64,000 nt of DNA from Gammaproteobacteria bacterium (GCA_050291745.1 JBNKKI010000127.1:1115-65114); one strand, 5' to 3'. Positions 17,174-29,530 are shown, counted from the first letter of the stretch. The notes: a model not told the origin generated them from the sequence alone. Translations and numbers: made by a program.

Positions 17174-19468
17174 TTAGAAAGCTGCTGTTAATTGAGGCCC
17201 TCGAGGCGGCATTTGTTCACTTAATTCTACAATTTTCTTCCACTCAACCGGATATTCTTTTGCAAGTTCTTCTTTAAGTTCATCAAACATAGGAAAGAAT
17301 AAATCATCATTTTTTAAATAGCCCAGTATCTCCAGCTCTCTTATATCCAGATCACTTTTATTTCCCACAAAATCTTCTCTTGAACTCACAACAAGCTCCA
17401 GTGCTTCTTCATAAAGTTGATAAGCAATTAATACATCAATTTCTGAATACAATATTAGCGGGTCTTTCTTTTCTTCCTCTGATTTCGACTGTAAATTTTC
17501 TGAATAATCATTTTTATAATTTCTTGCATTGCTAACTGCTAATTCAAATTTCTGGTCGGCAATTTTTAGATTTGAAATAGATGGATCATCGATTTCATTA
17601 TCTCCTTCGATATCATTATCTCCCTCAATCTCATCAATAGTCGGTAACTGATCTGTTAAGCCCGGATCATCTTCAGAAAACTCCAGATTAAAATCCAGTT
17701 CAACTTCATCATCTTCGTCTTTTCGAATGTCATCAACCGGTTCATACTCAATCATATTGAGTAAAGCATCATCATGATTTTGTTCCATCGTCATTTCGTC
17801 AATGCGGGAATCATGAATAACGGGTTCATAATGAATTTCTTCTACAATAGCCTCATTAAAACTTTGATCTTTAATTGTCTCATCGACAGTTTTTAATTCA
17901 TTGTCTTTCTTTGCAGCTGACTGAAAAGAAGTATCTTTAACGACAGGCTTCTCAGGAGTATCTGCTATGGGAATTTCAATTTGCGCCTCTTGATCTATTT
18001 GTTTTAAACGACGACGCCAGATAATCTCTCTATTTAACAGAAAAAGTAAAACAATTAATGCAACTCCCCAGGTTACAGCATTCGTATAAGTTTGTTGCTG
18101 AATTCCCACTTTGTCTGGTTCATTTATTATAACCGGAGGTGGCGGACCTTCCACATTTGTCAAAGATTCTACTGTTGCGGAATCACTACTCTGACTCTCC
18201 AGAGTATTAAGTCGATCATTAATATGATCAATCTCAGCAAGCTTTTGGGTCAGGCTCAATTGCAATTCATCAATTTTTTCCTGTTGTACGATAATTATTT
18301 TCTGTTGTCTGGAACTTAGTTCATCACTATTACTATTTAGCAGCTTATTAGTATCTGCTACAGCTAAAGATAAACCATCTCCTTCCAGAGCTGATAGCCG
18401 CTCATCGACTCGATCAAGCTGCTCGCTTTTTTGTTCCAGATCACTATCTATTTTCTGTAAAATAGAGGAATGCTCTTTCATCGCCAGATTCTGTCGCTCA
18501 ACAATAGAAGAAAGTGCTTTAACTTCCTGAGTAACATTACCCGGGCTATTCACTTCTTCACCCATATCCTGACTGACTTCTGCTGGTGCTGACTTATTAC
18601 TTTGTATCAGTTGCTCTTTTACTTCAGGCGGAGCTGTATTTTCCGGCTCGGGTGTCAAAATAGATAAAACGGATTTTGTACTATCAGTAACTTCTTCCGG
18701 TTGAATAGAAGCTGTTTTTTCAAATGGATTATTTTTTGAGACTGAATAGACAAAATTAATTGATTTCTGACGGGATACCTGTGATATCAGTTCTTCATCC
18801 GGCACTATCAGGGTAACCCCTGCTTTTAATTCATTAATATTACCTTGCCTGAAAGCATCTTCATTTAAGAGGTAATAAGCTCGCATAATTTGATAAACCG
18901 AATATTTATCATGAAAATCTGAATTTTGTGCCAGCATCGAGATGCTATCATTCACGACCTTAATTCTTTTAGGGGATGAATCTACGGTTTTCCTTTGAGT
19001 AACATCTAAAACCGGTTTTTTGGAACTAATATCTGTTTGAGAAACTGTTTGAATTTGATTTGTCGCAGCTATGTCGCGTGGATCAAGCATAATGGTAAAT
19101 AAGCGAGTAACACTACTTTGTTTCCCGGTAACCTTCACCAGAAGATCCAGTATGGGTTCTTTTATTCTCTGCTGAGTCGAAACATTTACAATATGACGAC
19201 TATCAGTGTCAGCTGTAATTTTAAATTTTATTTTATTTAAAAATGGGGGCCGTAATAATCCAATGGCTTTATAGGCATTCTGATCAGCCAGCGATATGTT
19301 AACGTCACCAGGGTGGTCAGATTCAATATGACTTAATGAAAAATTCGCATTCAAAGGCTCATTTAAATATGAGTCAACTTTTAACTGACCTAACTCTAAA
19401 GCATTTACGCTGCTTATAGTCAGCATCAAGATAAACAGTATATTAAAAATTTTATTCAAAACAGGCAT
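17174..19468 (-). CDS. fimV: FimV/HubP-family polar scaffold protein
   Basis: N-terminal LELGQLKVDSYLNEPLNANF FimV motif, LysM-like segment, coiled coil, one TM helix (VTWGVALIVLLFLL), very acidic region and a FimV C-terminal TPR-like end. The ATG at 19468 is preferred over the one at 19501. Confidence 0.75.
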   Translation of the reverse strand: MPVLNKIFNILFILMLTISSVNALELGQLKVDSYLNEPLNANFSLSHIESDHPGDVNISLADQNAYKAIGLLRPPFLNKIKFKITADTDSRHIVNVSTQQRIKEPILDLLVKVTGKQSSVTRLFTIMLDPRDIAATNQIQTVSQTDISSKKPVLDVTQRKTVDSSPKRIKVVNDSISMLAQNSDFHDKYSVYQIMRAYYLLNEDAFRQGNINELKAGVTLIVPDEELISQVSRQKSINFVYSVSKNNPFEKTASIQPEEVTDSTKSVLSILTPEPENTAPPEVKEQLIQSNKSAPAEVSQDMGEEVNSPGNVTQEVKALSSIVERQNLAMKEHSSILQKIDSDLEQKSEQLDRVDERLSALEGDGLSLAVADTNKLLNSNSDELSSRQQKIIIVQQEKIDELQLSLTQKLAEIDHINDRLNTLESQSSDSATVESLTNVEGPPPPVIINEPDKVGIQQQTYTNAVTWGVALIVLLFLLNREIIWRRRLKQIDQEAQIEIPIADTPEKPVVKDTSFQSAAKKDNELKTVDETIKDQSFNEAIVEEIHYEPVIHDSRIDEMTMEQNHDDALLNMIEYEPVDDIRKDEDDEVELDFNLEFSEDDPGLTDQLPTIDEIEGDNDIEGDNEIDDPSISNLKIADQKFELAVSNARNYKNDYSENLQSKSEEEKKDPLILYSEIDVLIAYQLYEEALELVVSSREDFVGNKSDLDIRELEILGYLKNDDLFFPMFDELKEELAKEYPVEWKKIVELSEQMPPRGPQLTAAF

Positions 19469-19728
19469 CCCAATACGAATGGTAATAAAACCACTTTCCA
19501 CTTAATTATAGGGTAAAATGGTTAATTCACAAGGCTGCGCCTTGCTCTTGCCCAATATAAAATCAGGGTAAAATATAAACTAGCTGCTTTCTGACTTGGT
19601 ATTTTCTCCTATTTGCATAACAATACCAGCAGTTTTAAAAATATAACCGTAATTGCACGATAAACTCTAAGCCTATAAAACATAACTCTTTGAATTAACT
19701 GAAATAAACACTTACTCGCAGCACCTCT

Positions 19729-22290
19729 ATGACAACCAAGACTCAACACACTCCCATGATGCAGCAATTTTTGCGCATAAAGGCCGAACACAAAAATATG
19801 CTACTGTTTTATCGGATGGGTGATTTTTATGAAATGTTTTTTGATGATGCAAAAAAAGCAGCAAGTCTGCTCGATATCACCTTAACTAAACGTGGTCATT
19901 CAGGTGGTGAACCTATTCCCATGTGTGGCATACCCTATCATGCGGCAGATAATTACCTGGCACGACTGGTAAAAGCCGGGCAAACTATCGCTATCTGCGA
20001 ACAAATAGGCGACCCGGCTACCACCAAAGGTCCTGTCGAAAGAAAAGTATTAAGGATTGTGACACCTGGCACGCTTACTGATGATGCCTTGCTGGAAGAC
20101 CGTCAGGAAAATTTATTATGCTGCCTGTATCAACACCAGCAAACCTGGGGACTGGCGACAGTAGAAGTCAGCTCTGGTCGGTTTATCTGTTCTGAACTGA
20201 CATCTGATAGCCAATTACAGGCTGAAATTTCCCGCATCGATCCTGCTGAAATCATATATTGTGAGGACCAGCATCTCCCTCTGGAAAGCCAATATATAAA
20301 ATGCGCTCATTCACAACCACAGTGGTATTTTGATCATGATACCTGTACCCGTTTACTTAACGAGCAATTTCACACTAAGGATTTACGTGGATTCGGTTTA
20401 CAGGATTATCCTCTCGCCATCGCCGCTGCCGGATGCCTGCTGCAATATGTTCAGGATACCTTACGCACAGCTTTGCCTCATTTACAAAATATTAAAACAG
20501 AGCAAATAAGCGATAACCTGTTAATCGATAGTGCAAGTCGAAGAAACCTGGAGCTGAGTGAATCATTATCAGCTAGCGGCGGACAGCAAAATACCCTGTA
20601 TAGTATTTTAAATCAATGTAGTAACGCTATGGGAGCCAGAGAGTTAAAGCGCTGGATGCAAAAACCCTTAAAACAGCAACAGACTATTCAAAACCGTCAT
20701 CTGGCTATTGAAACTTTAATTCAACAACGGCTTTATGAGCCGCTATCGGAACAATTAAAAACAGTTGCCGATATAGAAAGAATCAGTAGCCGAATCGCCC
20801 TGTTATCAGCTCGCCCCAGAGATTTAACAGCACTATTATCAAGTCTGATTGCTTTACCTGAATTTCAGCAATTTCTTAATAACCTGGATAATTCTTTATT
20901 AACAACCTTAAACGCTGCTATAGATCCAATGAACAGTCTGGTTGAATTATTACAGAAAGCCATAATAGCAGAACCTCCATTATTAATCAGAGATGGAGGT
21001 GTCATTGCTAGTGGCTATGATCAGGAACTGGATGAATTACGTGGACTCAGCCAGAATGCAGACCAGTTTCTGCTCGACCTGGAACAGCGTGAACAACAGG
21101 CTACAGGTATTAATCTGAAAGTAGCCTATAACCGGGTACATGGATATTACATAGAAGTCAGCAAGCTACATAGTGATAAAGTACCAGAGTCATATATACG
21201 TCGCCAAACTCTAAAAGCAGTCGAGCGTTATATCACTCCAGAGCTAAAAAGCTTTGAAGATAAAGTTCTGTCAGCACGCGAACGTTCACTTGCCAGAGAA
21301 AAACAACTGTATGAAGCTTTACTGGTAACATTATCTTCTCATTGCCAGCAACTCCAGCAAATTGCTGCTGCACTGGCACAACTGGATGTACTCGTTAGCT
21401 TTGCTCAATGCGCTGAACAGTTTAACTGGTCGAAACCTGAATTAACCAGAGAAAATAGTTTACAGATTAGCGCTGGAAGACATCCTGTCGTTGAACAGGT
21501 ACAGACAGAACCATTCATTGCCAACGATGTACATTTTGATAATGAAAAACGGGTATTGATGATTACCGGCCCCAATATGGGTGGAAAGTCGACCTATATG
21601 CGACAAACTGCTTTAATTGTCATACTTGCCTGTATGGGCAGCTATGTACCAGCTTCGAAGGCAATAATTGGCCCGATTGATCAGGTCTTCACACGCATCG
21701 GGGCAAGTGATGACCTGTCCAGTGGTCGATCAACGTTTATGGTTGAAATGACGGAGGCCGCAAATATCCTCAATAATGCAACGCCTAATAGTCTTGTTTT
21801 GATGGATGAAATAGGTCGCGGTACCAGCACCTTTGATGGTCTTTCCCTGGCCTGGGCATGTGCACAACAACTGGCAGATGAAATCCGCGCTATGACTTTA
21901 TTCGCCACCCATTATTTCGAATTAACTTTGCTGTCAGAAAAGTTTGATAGCCTCATTAATGTGCATCTGGATGCGATAGAACATGGTGAAAAAATTATCT
22001 TCATGCATCAGGTCAAAGCCGGTGCAGCCAGTCAGAGTTATGGTTTACAGGTTGCCCGGCTTGCCGGTATACCCGATAAAATAATCAAACAGGCGAGAAA
22101 AAAGTTACAGGAACTGGAGCAGCAAAATTTACAACATAATCCCCAGTTTGACTTATTTGCTAGCGTTCAAGCTGTTGAGGAGGAAGCCAGCCCACATCCT
22201 GTTATAGAACAACTGGAAACTTTAGATATTGATAGTTTAAGCCCTCGTGAAGCACTCAATATGCTATACGCATTAAAGGATAAACTGTGA
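19729..22290 (+). CDS. mutS: DNA mismatch repair protein MutS
   Basis: [14 protein letters not shown], Walker [10 protein letters not shown], and [16 protein letters not shown] motifs. Confidence 0.97.
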   Translation: MTTKTQHTPMMQQFLRIKAEHKNMLLFYRMGDFYEMFFDDAKKAASLLDITLTKRGHSGGEPIPMCGIPYHAADNYLARLVKAGQTIAICEQIGDPATTKGPVERKVLRIVTPGTLTDDALLEDRQENLLCCLYQHQQTWGLATVEVSSGRFICSELTSDSQLQAEISRIDPAEIIYCEDQHLPLESQYIKCAHSQPQWYFDHDTCTRLLNEQFHTKDLRGFGLQDYPLAIAAAGCLLQYVQDTLRTALPHLQNIKTEQISDNLLIDSASRRNLELSESLSASGGQQNTLYSILNQCSNAMGARELKRWMQKPLKQQQTIQNRHLAIETLIQQRLYEPLSEQLKTVADIERISSRIALLSARPRDLTALLSSLIALPEFQQFLNNLDNSLLTTLNAAIDPMNSLVELLQKAIIAEPPLLIRDGGVIASGYDQELDELRGLSQNADQFLLDLEQREQQATGINLKVAYNRVHGYYIEVSKLHSDKVPESYIRRQTLKAVERYITPELKSFEDKVLSARERSLAREKQLYEALLVTLSSHCQQLQQIAAALAQLDVLVSFAQCAEQFNWSKPELTRENSLQISAGRHPVVEQVQTEPFIANDVHFDNEKRVLMITGPNMGGKSTYMRQTALIVILACMGSYVPASKAIIGPIDQVFTRIGASDDLSSGRSTFMVEMTEAANILNNATPNSLVLMDEIGRGTSTFDGLSLAWACAQQLADEIRAMTLFATHYFELTLLSEKFDSLINVHLDAIEHGEKIIFMHQVKAGAASQSYGLQVARLAGIPDKIIKQARKKLQELEQQNLQHNPQFDLFASVQAVEEEASPHPVIEQLETLDIDSLSPREALNMLYALKDKL

Positions 22291-23126
22291 TTAATACAGC
22301 AGCTGTAGAATTACATCGACCGGTCATTTATAAAAATCAGCACGCCATCGATCTGCTCGCTTCTGATAATCAGTTAACTCGGGAACAAATAGAGCTGTGT
22401 TTTAATAATGGTGCTGTCTGGCTGGAATCAGACACTAAACCTCAGCGTTTATATGATGCCCAAAAAATCCTAAAGCCCGGTCAAAAAATACATTGTTACT
22501 GCAATGCAACAACTCTGGCAGACTGTCCTCTTAGTGCTGAACTGATAGCAGACTATAAGGCGTTCAGTATCTGGAACAAACCTTCCGGCATGCTATGTCA
22601 GGGCAGTAAATGGGGTGACCATTGGGCATTATATCGCTGGATAAAACAAAACTACTGGCCTGAACGAGAATCGTATATTACACATAGACTGGATCGATTT
22701 ACCTCAGGTCTGGTCATAGTTGCACATACTGAAGCCAGTAATAAACAATTCCATCGCCTGTTTGAAAACAGGCTCATCAAAAAAACATATCGAGCCAAGG
22801 TATCCGGTTTAATGAAGATGGCAGAGCAACTAACTGTAGAAACAAAAATTGATAACAGGAATGCTCTGTCACAAATTGAAGTTATCGATATTCAGCAATC
22901 ATCACAGCAATCTCTGGTAATCATAAAACCACAGACTGGTCGCAAGCATCAAATTCGAAGGCATCTGGCAGAAATTGGACATCCTGTCATTAATGATCGA
23001 AATTATGGCCAGCCTCCATTTGAAGGAGACCTGAAACTACAAGCCAGCGCACTGGAATTTATTAATCCATTAGACAATAAAAATATCCAGATCATGCTGC
23101 AAACCGATAGATTACTATCGCTTTAA
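22287..23126 (+). CDS. RluA-family RNA pseudouridine synthase
   Basis: Catalytic [14 protein letters not shown] motif and the [19 protein letters not shown]-terminal motif. The start overlaps the mutS stop by 4 nt. Confidence 0.85.
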   Translation: MINTAAVELHRPVIYKNQHAIDLLASDNQLTREQIELCFNNGAVWLESDTKPQRLYDAQKILKPGQKIHCYCNATTLADCPLSAELIADYKAFSIWNKPSGMLCQGSKWGDHWALYRWIKQNYWPERESYITHRLDRFTSGLVIVAHTEASNKQFHRLFENRLIKKTYRAKVSGLMKMAEQLTVETKIDNRNALSQIEVIDIQQSSQQSLVIIKPQTGRKHQIRRHLAEIGHPVINDRNYGQPPFEGDLKLQASALEFINPLDNKNIQIMLQTDRLLSL

Positions 23127-23133
23127 TTATATT

Positions 23134-23324
23134 TGATTGTGCGTTTGAGGTAGTGCAGATCAAGGCGTTACAACGAAGAGATACGCTGCCTCAAACCTGC
23201 AATTCAGTTCGTAGCGGGATGTACCGATTGGGTAATTTTTCGAGGATGATACACATCAACTGTTATGGTTTATGAAACTGTGGGTTAACTTCTATTGCGA
23301 GCGGTCAACTGCGGAATCCTGGTT
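23134..23324 (+). mobile_element. Family-1 element, 5'-truncated with a deletion in the inner hairpin
   Basis: Begins at TTGATTGTGCGTTTGAGG with no left TIR, lacks ~35 nt at the hairpin apex, and ends ...GCGGTCAACTGCGGAATCCTGGTT followed by AA. Confidence 0.7.
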
Positions 23325-23398
23325 AAACCTGCTAGTAATAAGCATTAACTCATTGTCATATCAGATATACTCAGAAAAAATTGACTATAGAGATTCTA

Positions 23399-23722
23399 AT
23401 GACTTATTTAGTACTGGAAAACTGTATACGCTGCAAATACACTGACTGTGTTGATGTTTGCCCTGTCGATTGCTTTCATGAAGGTCCAAATTTTCTGGTC
23501 ATTGATCCGGATGAATGTATCGATTGCACACTTTGTGAACCTGAATGCCCGATTGGCGCAATAATTTCAGAAGATGATCTTGCGCTGGATCAGCATCATT
23601 TTTTACAGTTAAATGAAGAATTATCGCAAAAATGGCCGCTTATTACACAACGAAAAGAACCACTGAAAGATGCTGATAAATGGGATGGCCAGCCTGATAA
23701 ACTGCAATATCTGGAGAAGTAA
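23399..23722 (+). CDS. fdxA: 7Fe ferredoxin (Azotobacter FdxA type)
   Basis: [29 protein letters not shown]...[12 protein letters not shown] cluster motifs. Start placed at the internal ATG. Confidence 0.9.
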   Translation: MTYLVLENCIRCKYTDCVDVCPVDCFHEGPNFLVIDPDECIDCTLCEPECPIGAIISEDDLALDQHHFLQLNEELSQKWPLITQRKEPLKDADKWDGQPDKLQYLEK

Positions 23723-23895
23723 CATGATCAATAGAAAATATTCTATATTGAGACTCAGGTCTCTATAAAACTCCATAATATATCGCACAATGCCATCCAA
23801 AAAAGAAAGTCTGTAAAACGCCTACTTTTAATAAGTGTATACAACACATAGTTTAAACGTTAAGATTTTCACTGAAGCTGTTTCATGGTGCCCCA

Positions 23896-24849
23896 ATGAA
23901 TACTGATTTATCCATAGCCTGTAAGTACGAATCCTTTAATACACTAATTAAAATTAATGACCCCGAGTTATTACTCGAGGTTTTTATGTCACAGTTAATT
24001 CCTGATTATGGAAAAAACATTCAACTGGAAATATTCGAACGGAAAGGTTTCGAGTGGGAAAAACTAAGTGTCAATGGCTATTCAACTTCTGATTTTGATG
24101 AAGACAGACAGTTTGTTCTAAAACATAAAATTGATCCTGACAGTATTAACGCCTGGTTTTATCAGTCATCTCAAAATGGCTGGTATTGCGCTTATAAACC
24201 ACTCAGTAGCAAGCAGTATGCGATGTTTATAACAACTGAATCAGTTGAAGAGATTATTGATGAAGAATACATACAATTGCTATTTGGATTTTACTGTCAT
24301 CAATTATGTAGCCTTGAAGGCACTTACAGAGATAACCTGACAGGACTATACAATCGCAAAGCATTTGATTTGAGAATGCAGGCGTTAATCAACAAGAAAT
24401 ATCCTTCACGTCGTAAAAATATGTCCAAGCCATCAGTTTATGTGATGCTTGATATTGATCACTTTAAGGAAATTAATGACAGCTACGGACATTTACATGG
24501 TGATGAAATTCTGTCGATTATCGCTAAAATCATGACTGACTCATTTCGTGAATACGATTTACTTTTCAGATATGGTGGAGAAGAATTTGCAGCCGTACTA
24601 ATGGATGTAGATGAAAGAATCTGTTTACAGGTATTAAATCGATTCAAATCAAATGTTGAGCATTATGAATTCCCAAAACTGGATAAAGTAACAGTTAGTA
24701 TTGGCTATACTGATTTCAATCGTGATTTAGAGCTGGAAACATTGATTGAGCAGGCAGATAAAGCATTATATTACGGTAAACAGAATGGACGTAATGTGAT
24801 CAATCAATATCATGATCTGGTGAAACAGAAATTAATTGAAGCGGTTTAA
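23896..24849 (+). CDS. diguanylate cyclase (GGDEF) with an uncharacterised N-terminal domain
   Basis: GGEEF active site preceded by an RxxD I-site (REYDLLFRYGGEEF), and the LDIDHFKEINDSYGH motif. Confidence 0.85.
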   Translation: MNTDLSIACKYESFNTLIKINDPELLLEVFMSQLIPDYGKNIQLEIFERKGFEWEKLSVNGYSTSDFDEDRQFVLKHKIDPDSINAWFYQSSQNGWYCAYKPLSSKQYAMFITTESVEEIIDEEYIQLLFGFYCHQLCSLEGTYRDNLTGLYNRKAFDLRMQALINKKYPSRRKNMSKPSVYVMLDIDHFKEINDSYGHLHGDEILSIIAKIMTDSFREYDLLFRYGGEEFAAVLMDVDERICLQVLNRFKSNVEHYEFPKLDKVTVSIGYTDFNRDLELETLIEQADKALYYGKQNGRNVINQYHDLVKQKLIEAV

Positions 24850-25086
24850 CCTGGATTCCGCAGTTGACCGCTCACAATAGAGGTTAACCCACTGTTTCAT
24901 AAACCATGAAAGTTGATGTGTATAATCACCCAATCGGTGAATCCCGCTACGAACTGAATTGTACGTTTGAGGCGGCGTATCTCTTCGTTGTAACTCATTG
25001 GAATAGCGAGCTATTCCGCATCGTTACGCCTTGATCTACACCACCTTAAACACACAATCAATTTGTCCAACTGCGGATTCCAGGTT
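24848..25086 (-). mobile_element. Family-1 miniature TIR element
   Basis: Full-length reverse copy flanked by TTAA on both sides. The left TTAA contains the TAA stop of the GGDEF gene. Confidence 0.8.
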
Positions 25087-25131
25087 TAATATCGCTAAAT
25101 TTTACCCGCTCTTCCTATCCTGCCCCTTGCT

Positions 25132-26286
25132 TTAGAGCTGAGAAAAGAAATCACTTATTACGGGTGAAAAATGGTCTCTATCAACCAGAAAGGCATCATG
25201 ACCATTAATAGAATCAATCGATACAAACTCTGCATTCCTGCCTGCTTTTTTCAAACCTTCTGATATTTCCAGCTGTTGCTCAATAGGGAATAATATATCG
25301 GTCGTGACACCAATGATAAGTGCTTTCTTGACATGGATTTTAGCTAATCCCGCATTCACTGAACCAGCAAAATCAGCAACATCAAACCAGTCCATTGCGC
25401 GTGATAGATAGAGGTAACTATTTGCATCAAAATTACCTACGAATTTATGCGCGTTATAATCCAGATATGACTCGACTTCAAATTCAATCTCAAAAGGTTC
25501 TCCCTTACGACGCTCTTTACTAACCCTGGCGCGGTCAAATCGCTGATGCCATTCTTCAGCTGCACGATATGAAACAAGCCCCAGTTTTCGAGCCAGTAAC
25601 ATGCCATTCTCGGGTTCCTGCTCAGAGTCGTAAAAACCATTTTTCCAGTTCGGATCACAACGAATTATTTCACGCTGTAAAGAACGCATCGCAATGGTAA
25701 AAGGCAGTGCCCTGGCAGCAGCTGAAATCGAAATCATATAATCGCATTCATCCGGATACTGCAAAGAGTAAGCAAGCGCAATCATACCACCCATTGAAGC
25801 GCCAATTACGGTATGCAGATGATCAATATTAAGCTCACTTAATAAGTGATGCCCTGCTTTCGCCATATCCTCAATAGTCAGATCAGGAAAATCAGCACCA
25901 TATGGTTTTCCGGTAGCAGGATTAATTGCTTCCGGGCCGGTCGAGCCAAAACATCCACCGAGTGAATTGACACAAATTACAAAAAAGCGATCGCTATCAA
26001 TCGCTTTACCCGGGCCTATCATAAATTCCCACCACCCGGGTTCAGGGTCACCTTCACCGGAAGCAGCATGCGCACTGGCTGACAGACCTGTAAAAATCAG
26101 GATGACATTATCGTAATTTACTGATAACTGCCCCCAACATTCATAAGCAATAGTCACATCACTTAAACGTCCACCACGCTTTAATACAAAATCACTGGTA
26201 CCATAATCACCTTTTAAAGTAACGAATTTGGTAGCAGCAGTAATACCTTTTCGGGTTGATGAAGGATGTGAAGCCTTTACATTCAT
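25132..26286 (-). CDS. metX: homoserine O-acyltransferase (MetX family)
   Basis: Alpha/beta-hydrolase protein with a GASMGGM nucleophile elbow and typical MetX N- and C-terminal conservation. Confidence 0.85.
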   Translation of the reverse strand: MNVKASHPSSTRKGITAATKFVTLKGDYGTSDFVLKRGGRLSDVTIAYECWGQLSVNYDNVILIFTGLSASAHAASGEGDPEPGWWEFMIGPGKAIDSDRFFVICVNSLGGCFGSTGPEAINPATGKPYGADFPDLTIEDMAKAGHHLLSELNIDHLHTVIGASMGGMIALAYSLQYPDECDYMISISAAARALPFTIAMRSLQREIIRCDPNWKNGFYDSEQEPENGMLLARKLGLVSYRAAEEWHQRFDRARVSKERRKGEPFEIEFEVESYLDYNAHKFVGNFDANSYLYLSRAMDWFDVADFAGSVNAGLAKIHVKKALIIGVTTDILFPIEQQLEISEGLKKAGRNAEFVSIDSINGHDAFLVDRDHFSPVISDFFSQL

Positions 26287-26307
26287 GAGATTATATTAAA
26301 AATTATT

Positions 26308-27408
26308 TTAGCTGGAAATATCCAGCATACGCTTCAGAGCCACTCTGGCACTATTAGCTATTTGTTGAGGTACGACAATTTGATTGACCACATTACCTTC
26401 AACTAAATTTTCCAGTATCCAGGCAAGATGCTGTGGGTCTATCCGAAACATAGTTGAACACATACAAACAGTAGGAGACATAAACTTCACTGATTTTTGC
26501 TGATCTTTCATTTGATTATGCAAACGATTAACGAGGTTTAATTCTGTACCAACCAGCCAGTCTGTACCTGGTTCCGATTTTGCAATTTGATTTATAATAT
26601 ATTCTGTTGAACCCACAAAATCAGATTTCTGGCAAACTTCATAACTACTTTCAGGATGTGAAATCACTTTTCCTTCAGGAAATTCCAGCCGGAAATTATC
26701 AATTTGAACCGGCTTAAACATCTGGTGAACTGAACAAAATCCTTTCCATAAAATCATTTTAGCTTGATGGATTTGCTGCTCGGTTAAACCACCCAGTGGT
26801 TTATCAAAATCCCAGACTACCATCTCATCCAGCGCTATATTCATTTTAGACCCGGTATTTCTACCCAGGTGCTGATCAGGAAAAAATAATACTTTTTCTC
26901 GTTTGGAGAAAGCCCATTCAAGAATAGTCTGTGCATTCGTTGAAGTACAGACAACGCCCTGATGATCACCACAGAAAGCTTTCAAATTAGCATCTGAGTT
27001 TATATAGGTAATCGGGGTGATTTTTTCATCCGGGTCAAGTACCTGAGATAATTCCTGCCAGGCTCGTTCAACTTTAGTCAAATCGGCCATATCAGCCATC
27101 GAACAACCAGCTGATAAATCAGGTAAAATAGAAACCTGATCAGGGCGCGACAGAATATCGGCTACTTCAGCCATAAAGTGAACACCGCAAAAAACAATAT
27201 ATTCAGCCTTAGAATTGGCCGCTTCACGTGATAGTTTTAAGGAATCCCCGGAAAAATCAGCATGTTCAAATACTTCGTCACGCTGATAATGATGCCCCAG
27301 GATAACAACACGCTCACCTAACGCCTTTTTTGCCGCCAGAATGCGCTGCCGACAATCTTCATCATCCAGTTTCGAATAAGGTTGAAGTTCAAGTGGATTA
27401 ACAGCCAT
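26308..27408 (-). CDS. nadA: quinolinate synthase NadA
   Basis: ILGHHYQ, GVHFMAE and CSMA/CSVH cluster-ligand regions. Confidence 0.9.
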   Translation of the reverse strand: MAVNPLELQPYSKLDDEDCRQRILAAKKALGERVVILGHHYQRDEVFEHADFSGDSLKLSREAANSKAEYIVFCGVHFMAEVADILSRPDQVSILPDLSAGCSMADMADLTKVERAWQELSQVLDPDEKITPITYINSDANLKAFCGDHQGVVCTSTNAQTILEWAFSKREKVLFFPDQHLGRNTGSKMNIALDEMVVWDFDKPLGGLTEQQIHQAKMILWKGFCSVHQMFKPVQIDNFRLEFPEGKVISHPESSYEVCQKSDFVGSTEYIINQIAKSEPGTDWLVGTELNLVNRLHNQMKDQQKSVKFMSPTVCMCSTMFRIDPQHLAWILENLVEGNVVNQIVVPQQIANSARVALKRMLDISS

Positions 27409-27519
27409 AGTGATATATCTTTTGTGCTTTAAAAGTTAATATTACTGTAAAAAAGCCGTAAACATAAGCTCATTAGCAGCAATAATTTTACTATCAGGAT
27501 AAATAAAATCTTTTATTGC

Positions 27520-27551
27520 GGCTTTAGCCCCTCTGCAGATGAACTAAAGCC
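27520..27551 (-). terminator. candidate stem-loop terminator downstream of aspS
   Basis: 8-bp stem GGCTTTAG/CTAAAGCC. The minus-strand RNA continues GCAAUAAAAGAUUUUAUUU, so the U tract is imperfect. Confidence 0.35.
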
Positions 27552-27573
27552 TTGTATCAGGAATAAACAGGCA

Positions 27574-29352
27574 TTAACTTTCAACGGCTGGTTTTCTAAC
27601 CCGAATCGACAAATCTTTTAGTTGACGCTCACTCACTGGAGATGGTGCAGATGTTAATAAACAGGCAGCAGTTTGTGTTTTAGGGAATGCCATAACATCA
27701 CGAATCGAGTTTGTACCTGTCATCAACATAATCAATCTGTCCAGACCAAATGCGATACCGCCGTGAGGAGGACAACCATATTTTAATGCCGTTAGTAAAA
27801 ATCCGAATTTATCTTCAGCTTCCTGATCATCTATACCTAACAGGGTCAATACTTTCTGTTGCATAGCTGTACGATGAATACGAATTGAACCTCCACCTAA
27901 CTCGACACCATTAAGAACCATATCGTAGGCACGAGATAATGCTGTACCTGGATTGGCTTCCAGTTCAGCAGGATCATCAATATTTGGCGCAGTAAATGGA
28001 TGGTGTAATGCTGTCCAGCGGTTGTCCTTTTCATCAAATTCAAACATAGGAAAGTCGACGACCCACAGGAATGACCAGCCATCAGCGACCAGATCCATAT
28101 CCTGCCCTACCTGGACACGTAAAGCACCCAGAGATTCATTAACAATTTTCGCTTTATCAGCACCAAAGAAAATCAAATCTCCGGATTCTGCAGCAGTACG
28201 CTTTAAAATTCCTTCAATAGCTTCATCGGGTAGAAATTTTAAAATTGGTGACTGTAAGCCTTCACGTCCAGCTGCCACATCATTACATTTAATATAAGCC
28301 AGACCTTTAGCGCCATAGCGACTAACAAATTTAGTATAATCATCTATCTGTTTACGAGTTAACGAATTTCCGCCGGGAACACGTAATGCGGCAACCCTGC
28401 CAGCAGGATCATTTGCAGGGCTGGAAAAAACCTTAAATTCAACATCTGCAAGTAAATCAGAAATTGTCACCAGTTCCAGGTCGATACGTAAATCCGGTTT
28501 ATCTGAGCCAAAGCGTTCCATGGCTTCAGAATATGGCATGCGCTTGAAATTAGTATCGATATCAGTATTCAAAAGTTCCTTAAACATTCCCTGCATCATT
28601 TTTTCCATGATGGACATAATGCCTTCTTCATTCATGAAAGATGTTTCAATATCAAGCTGAGTAAATTCAGGCTGTCGATCAGCACGTAAATCTTCATCAC
28701 GAAAACAACGTACAATCTGATAATAGCGATCCATACCCGACATCATCAGCAATTGCTTAAATAATTGGGGTGACTGAGGTAATGCAAAAAACTGGCCTGG
28801 ATAAGTACGACTAGGAACCAGATAATCTCGCGCACCCTCTGGAGTAGCCCGCGTCAGCATGGGTGTTTCAATATCCATAAACCCATCACTTTCTAAAAAT
28901 GTACGCATAAAATGAGTCACTTTTGCCCGTAACCGCATGCGCTCTAACATTTCCGGCTTACGTAAATCTATATAACGGTACTTAAGGCGAATATCATCAT
29001 GTACATCGGCATCATCAAGTTGAAATGGTGGCGTTTCAGACTCATTCAGAATTTCCAGCTGTAAACCAAATAATTCTATTTCACCTGTTGGCATTTCTTT
29101 ATTGACAGTCCCTTCAGGGCGAGCTCTGACTTTACCAGTTACTTTCAATACATATTCATTTCGCACTCTTTCAGCATGGGCAAACATCGTGGCATCATCA
29201 GGATCAAAAACAACCTGTAAGATTCCTTCACGATCCCGCAGGTCGACAAAAATCACCCCGCCATGGTCACGGCGACGATTAACCCAGCCAGTGACAGTTA
29301 CTTGCTGGTCAATATGAGTCGATTTTAGTTCACCACAATAATGTGTACGCAT
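27574..29352 (-). CDS. aspS: aspartate--tRNA ligase
   Basis: MRTHYCGEL start, class II motifs ([31 protein letters not shown]). Confidence 0.97.
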   Translation of the reverse strand: MRTHYCGELKSTHIDQQVTVTGWVNRRRDHGGVIFVDLRDREGILQVVFDPDDATMFAHAERVRNEYVLKVTGKVRARPEGTVNKEMPTGEIELFGLQLEILNESETPPFQLDDADVHDDIRLKYRYIDLRKPEMLERMRLRAKVTHFMRTFLESDGFMDIETPMLTRATPEGARDYLVPSRTYPGQFFALPQSPQLFKQLLMMSGMDRYYQIVRCFRDEDLRADRQPEFTQLDIETSFMNEEGIMSIMEKMMQGMFKELLNTDIDTNFKRMPYSEAMERFGSDKPDLRIDLELVTISDLLADVEFKVFSSPANDPAGRVAALRVPGGNSLTRKQIDDYTKFVSRYGAKGLAYIKCNDVAAGREGLQSPILKFLPDEAIEGILKRTAAESGDLIFFGADKAKIVNESLGALRVQVGQDMDLVADGWSFLWVVDFPMFEFDEKDNRWTALHHPFTAPNIDDPAELEANPGTALSRAYDMVLNGVELGGGSIRIHRTAMQQKVLTLLGIDDQEAEDKFGFLLTALKYGCPPHGGIAFGLDRLIMLMTGTNSIRDVMAFPKTQTAACLLTSAPSPVSERQLKDLSIRVRKPAVES

Positions 29353-29530
29353 GAAACACCTGCTGTTAAATTTAAATTTTTAAGGGTTAATAGGTAGCCT
29401 GAAGCCTGTTAGAACAGAGATAATGATCGTTTTATCCAAGTCTGACATTCTGCCCGGCGACTGTAAAAGTCAAGACAGGCAATAGTATCCTAAGCCTGTT
29501 GAATATAAAAGCGTAAGTACAGAGAAACGC

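Noticed and set aside
23134-25086. Inverted family-1 copies flank fdxA plus the GGDEF gene, which looks like a composite transposon.
   Set aside because: The outer end of the left copy is truncated (no TIR), and fdxA next to mutS is a conserved chromosomal arrangement. This is most likely two independent insertions.
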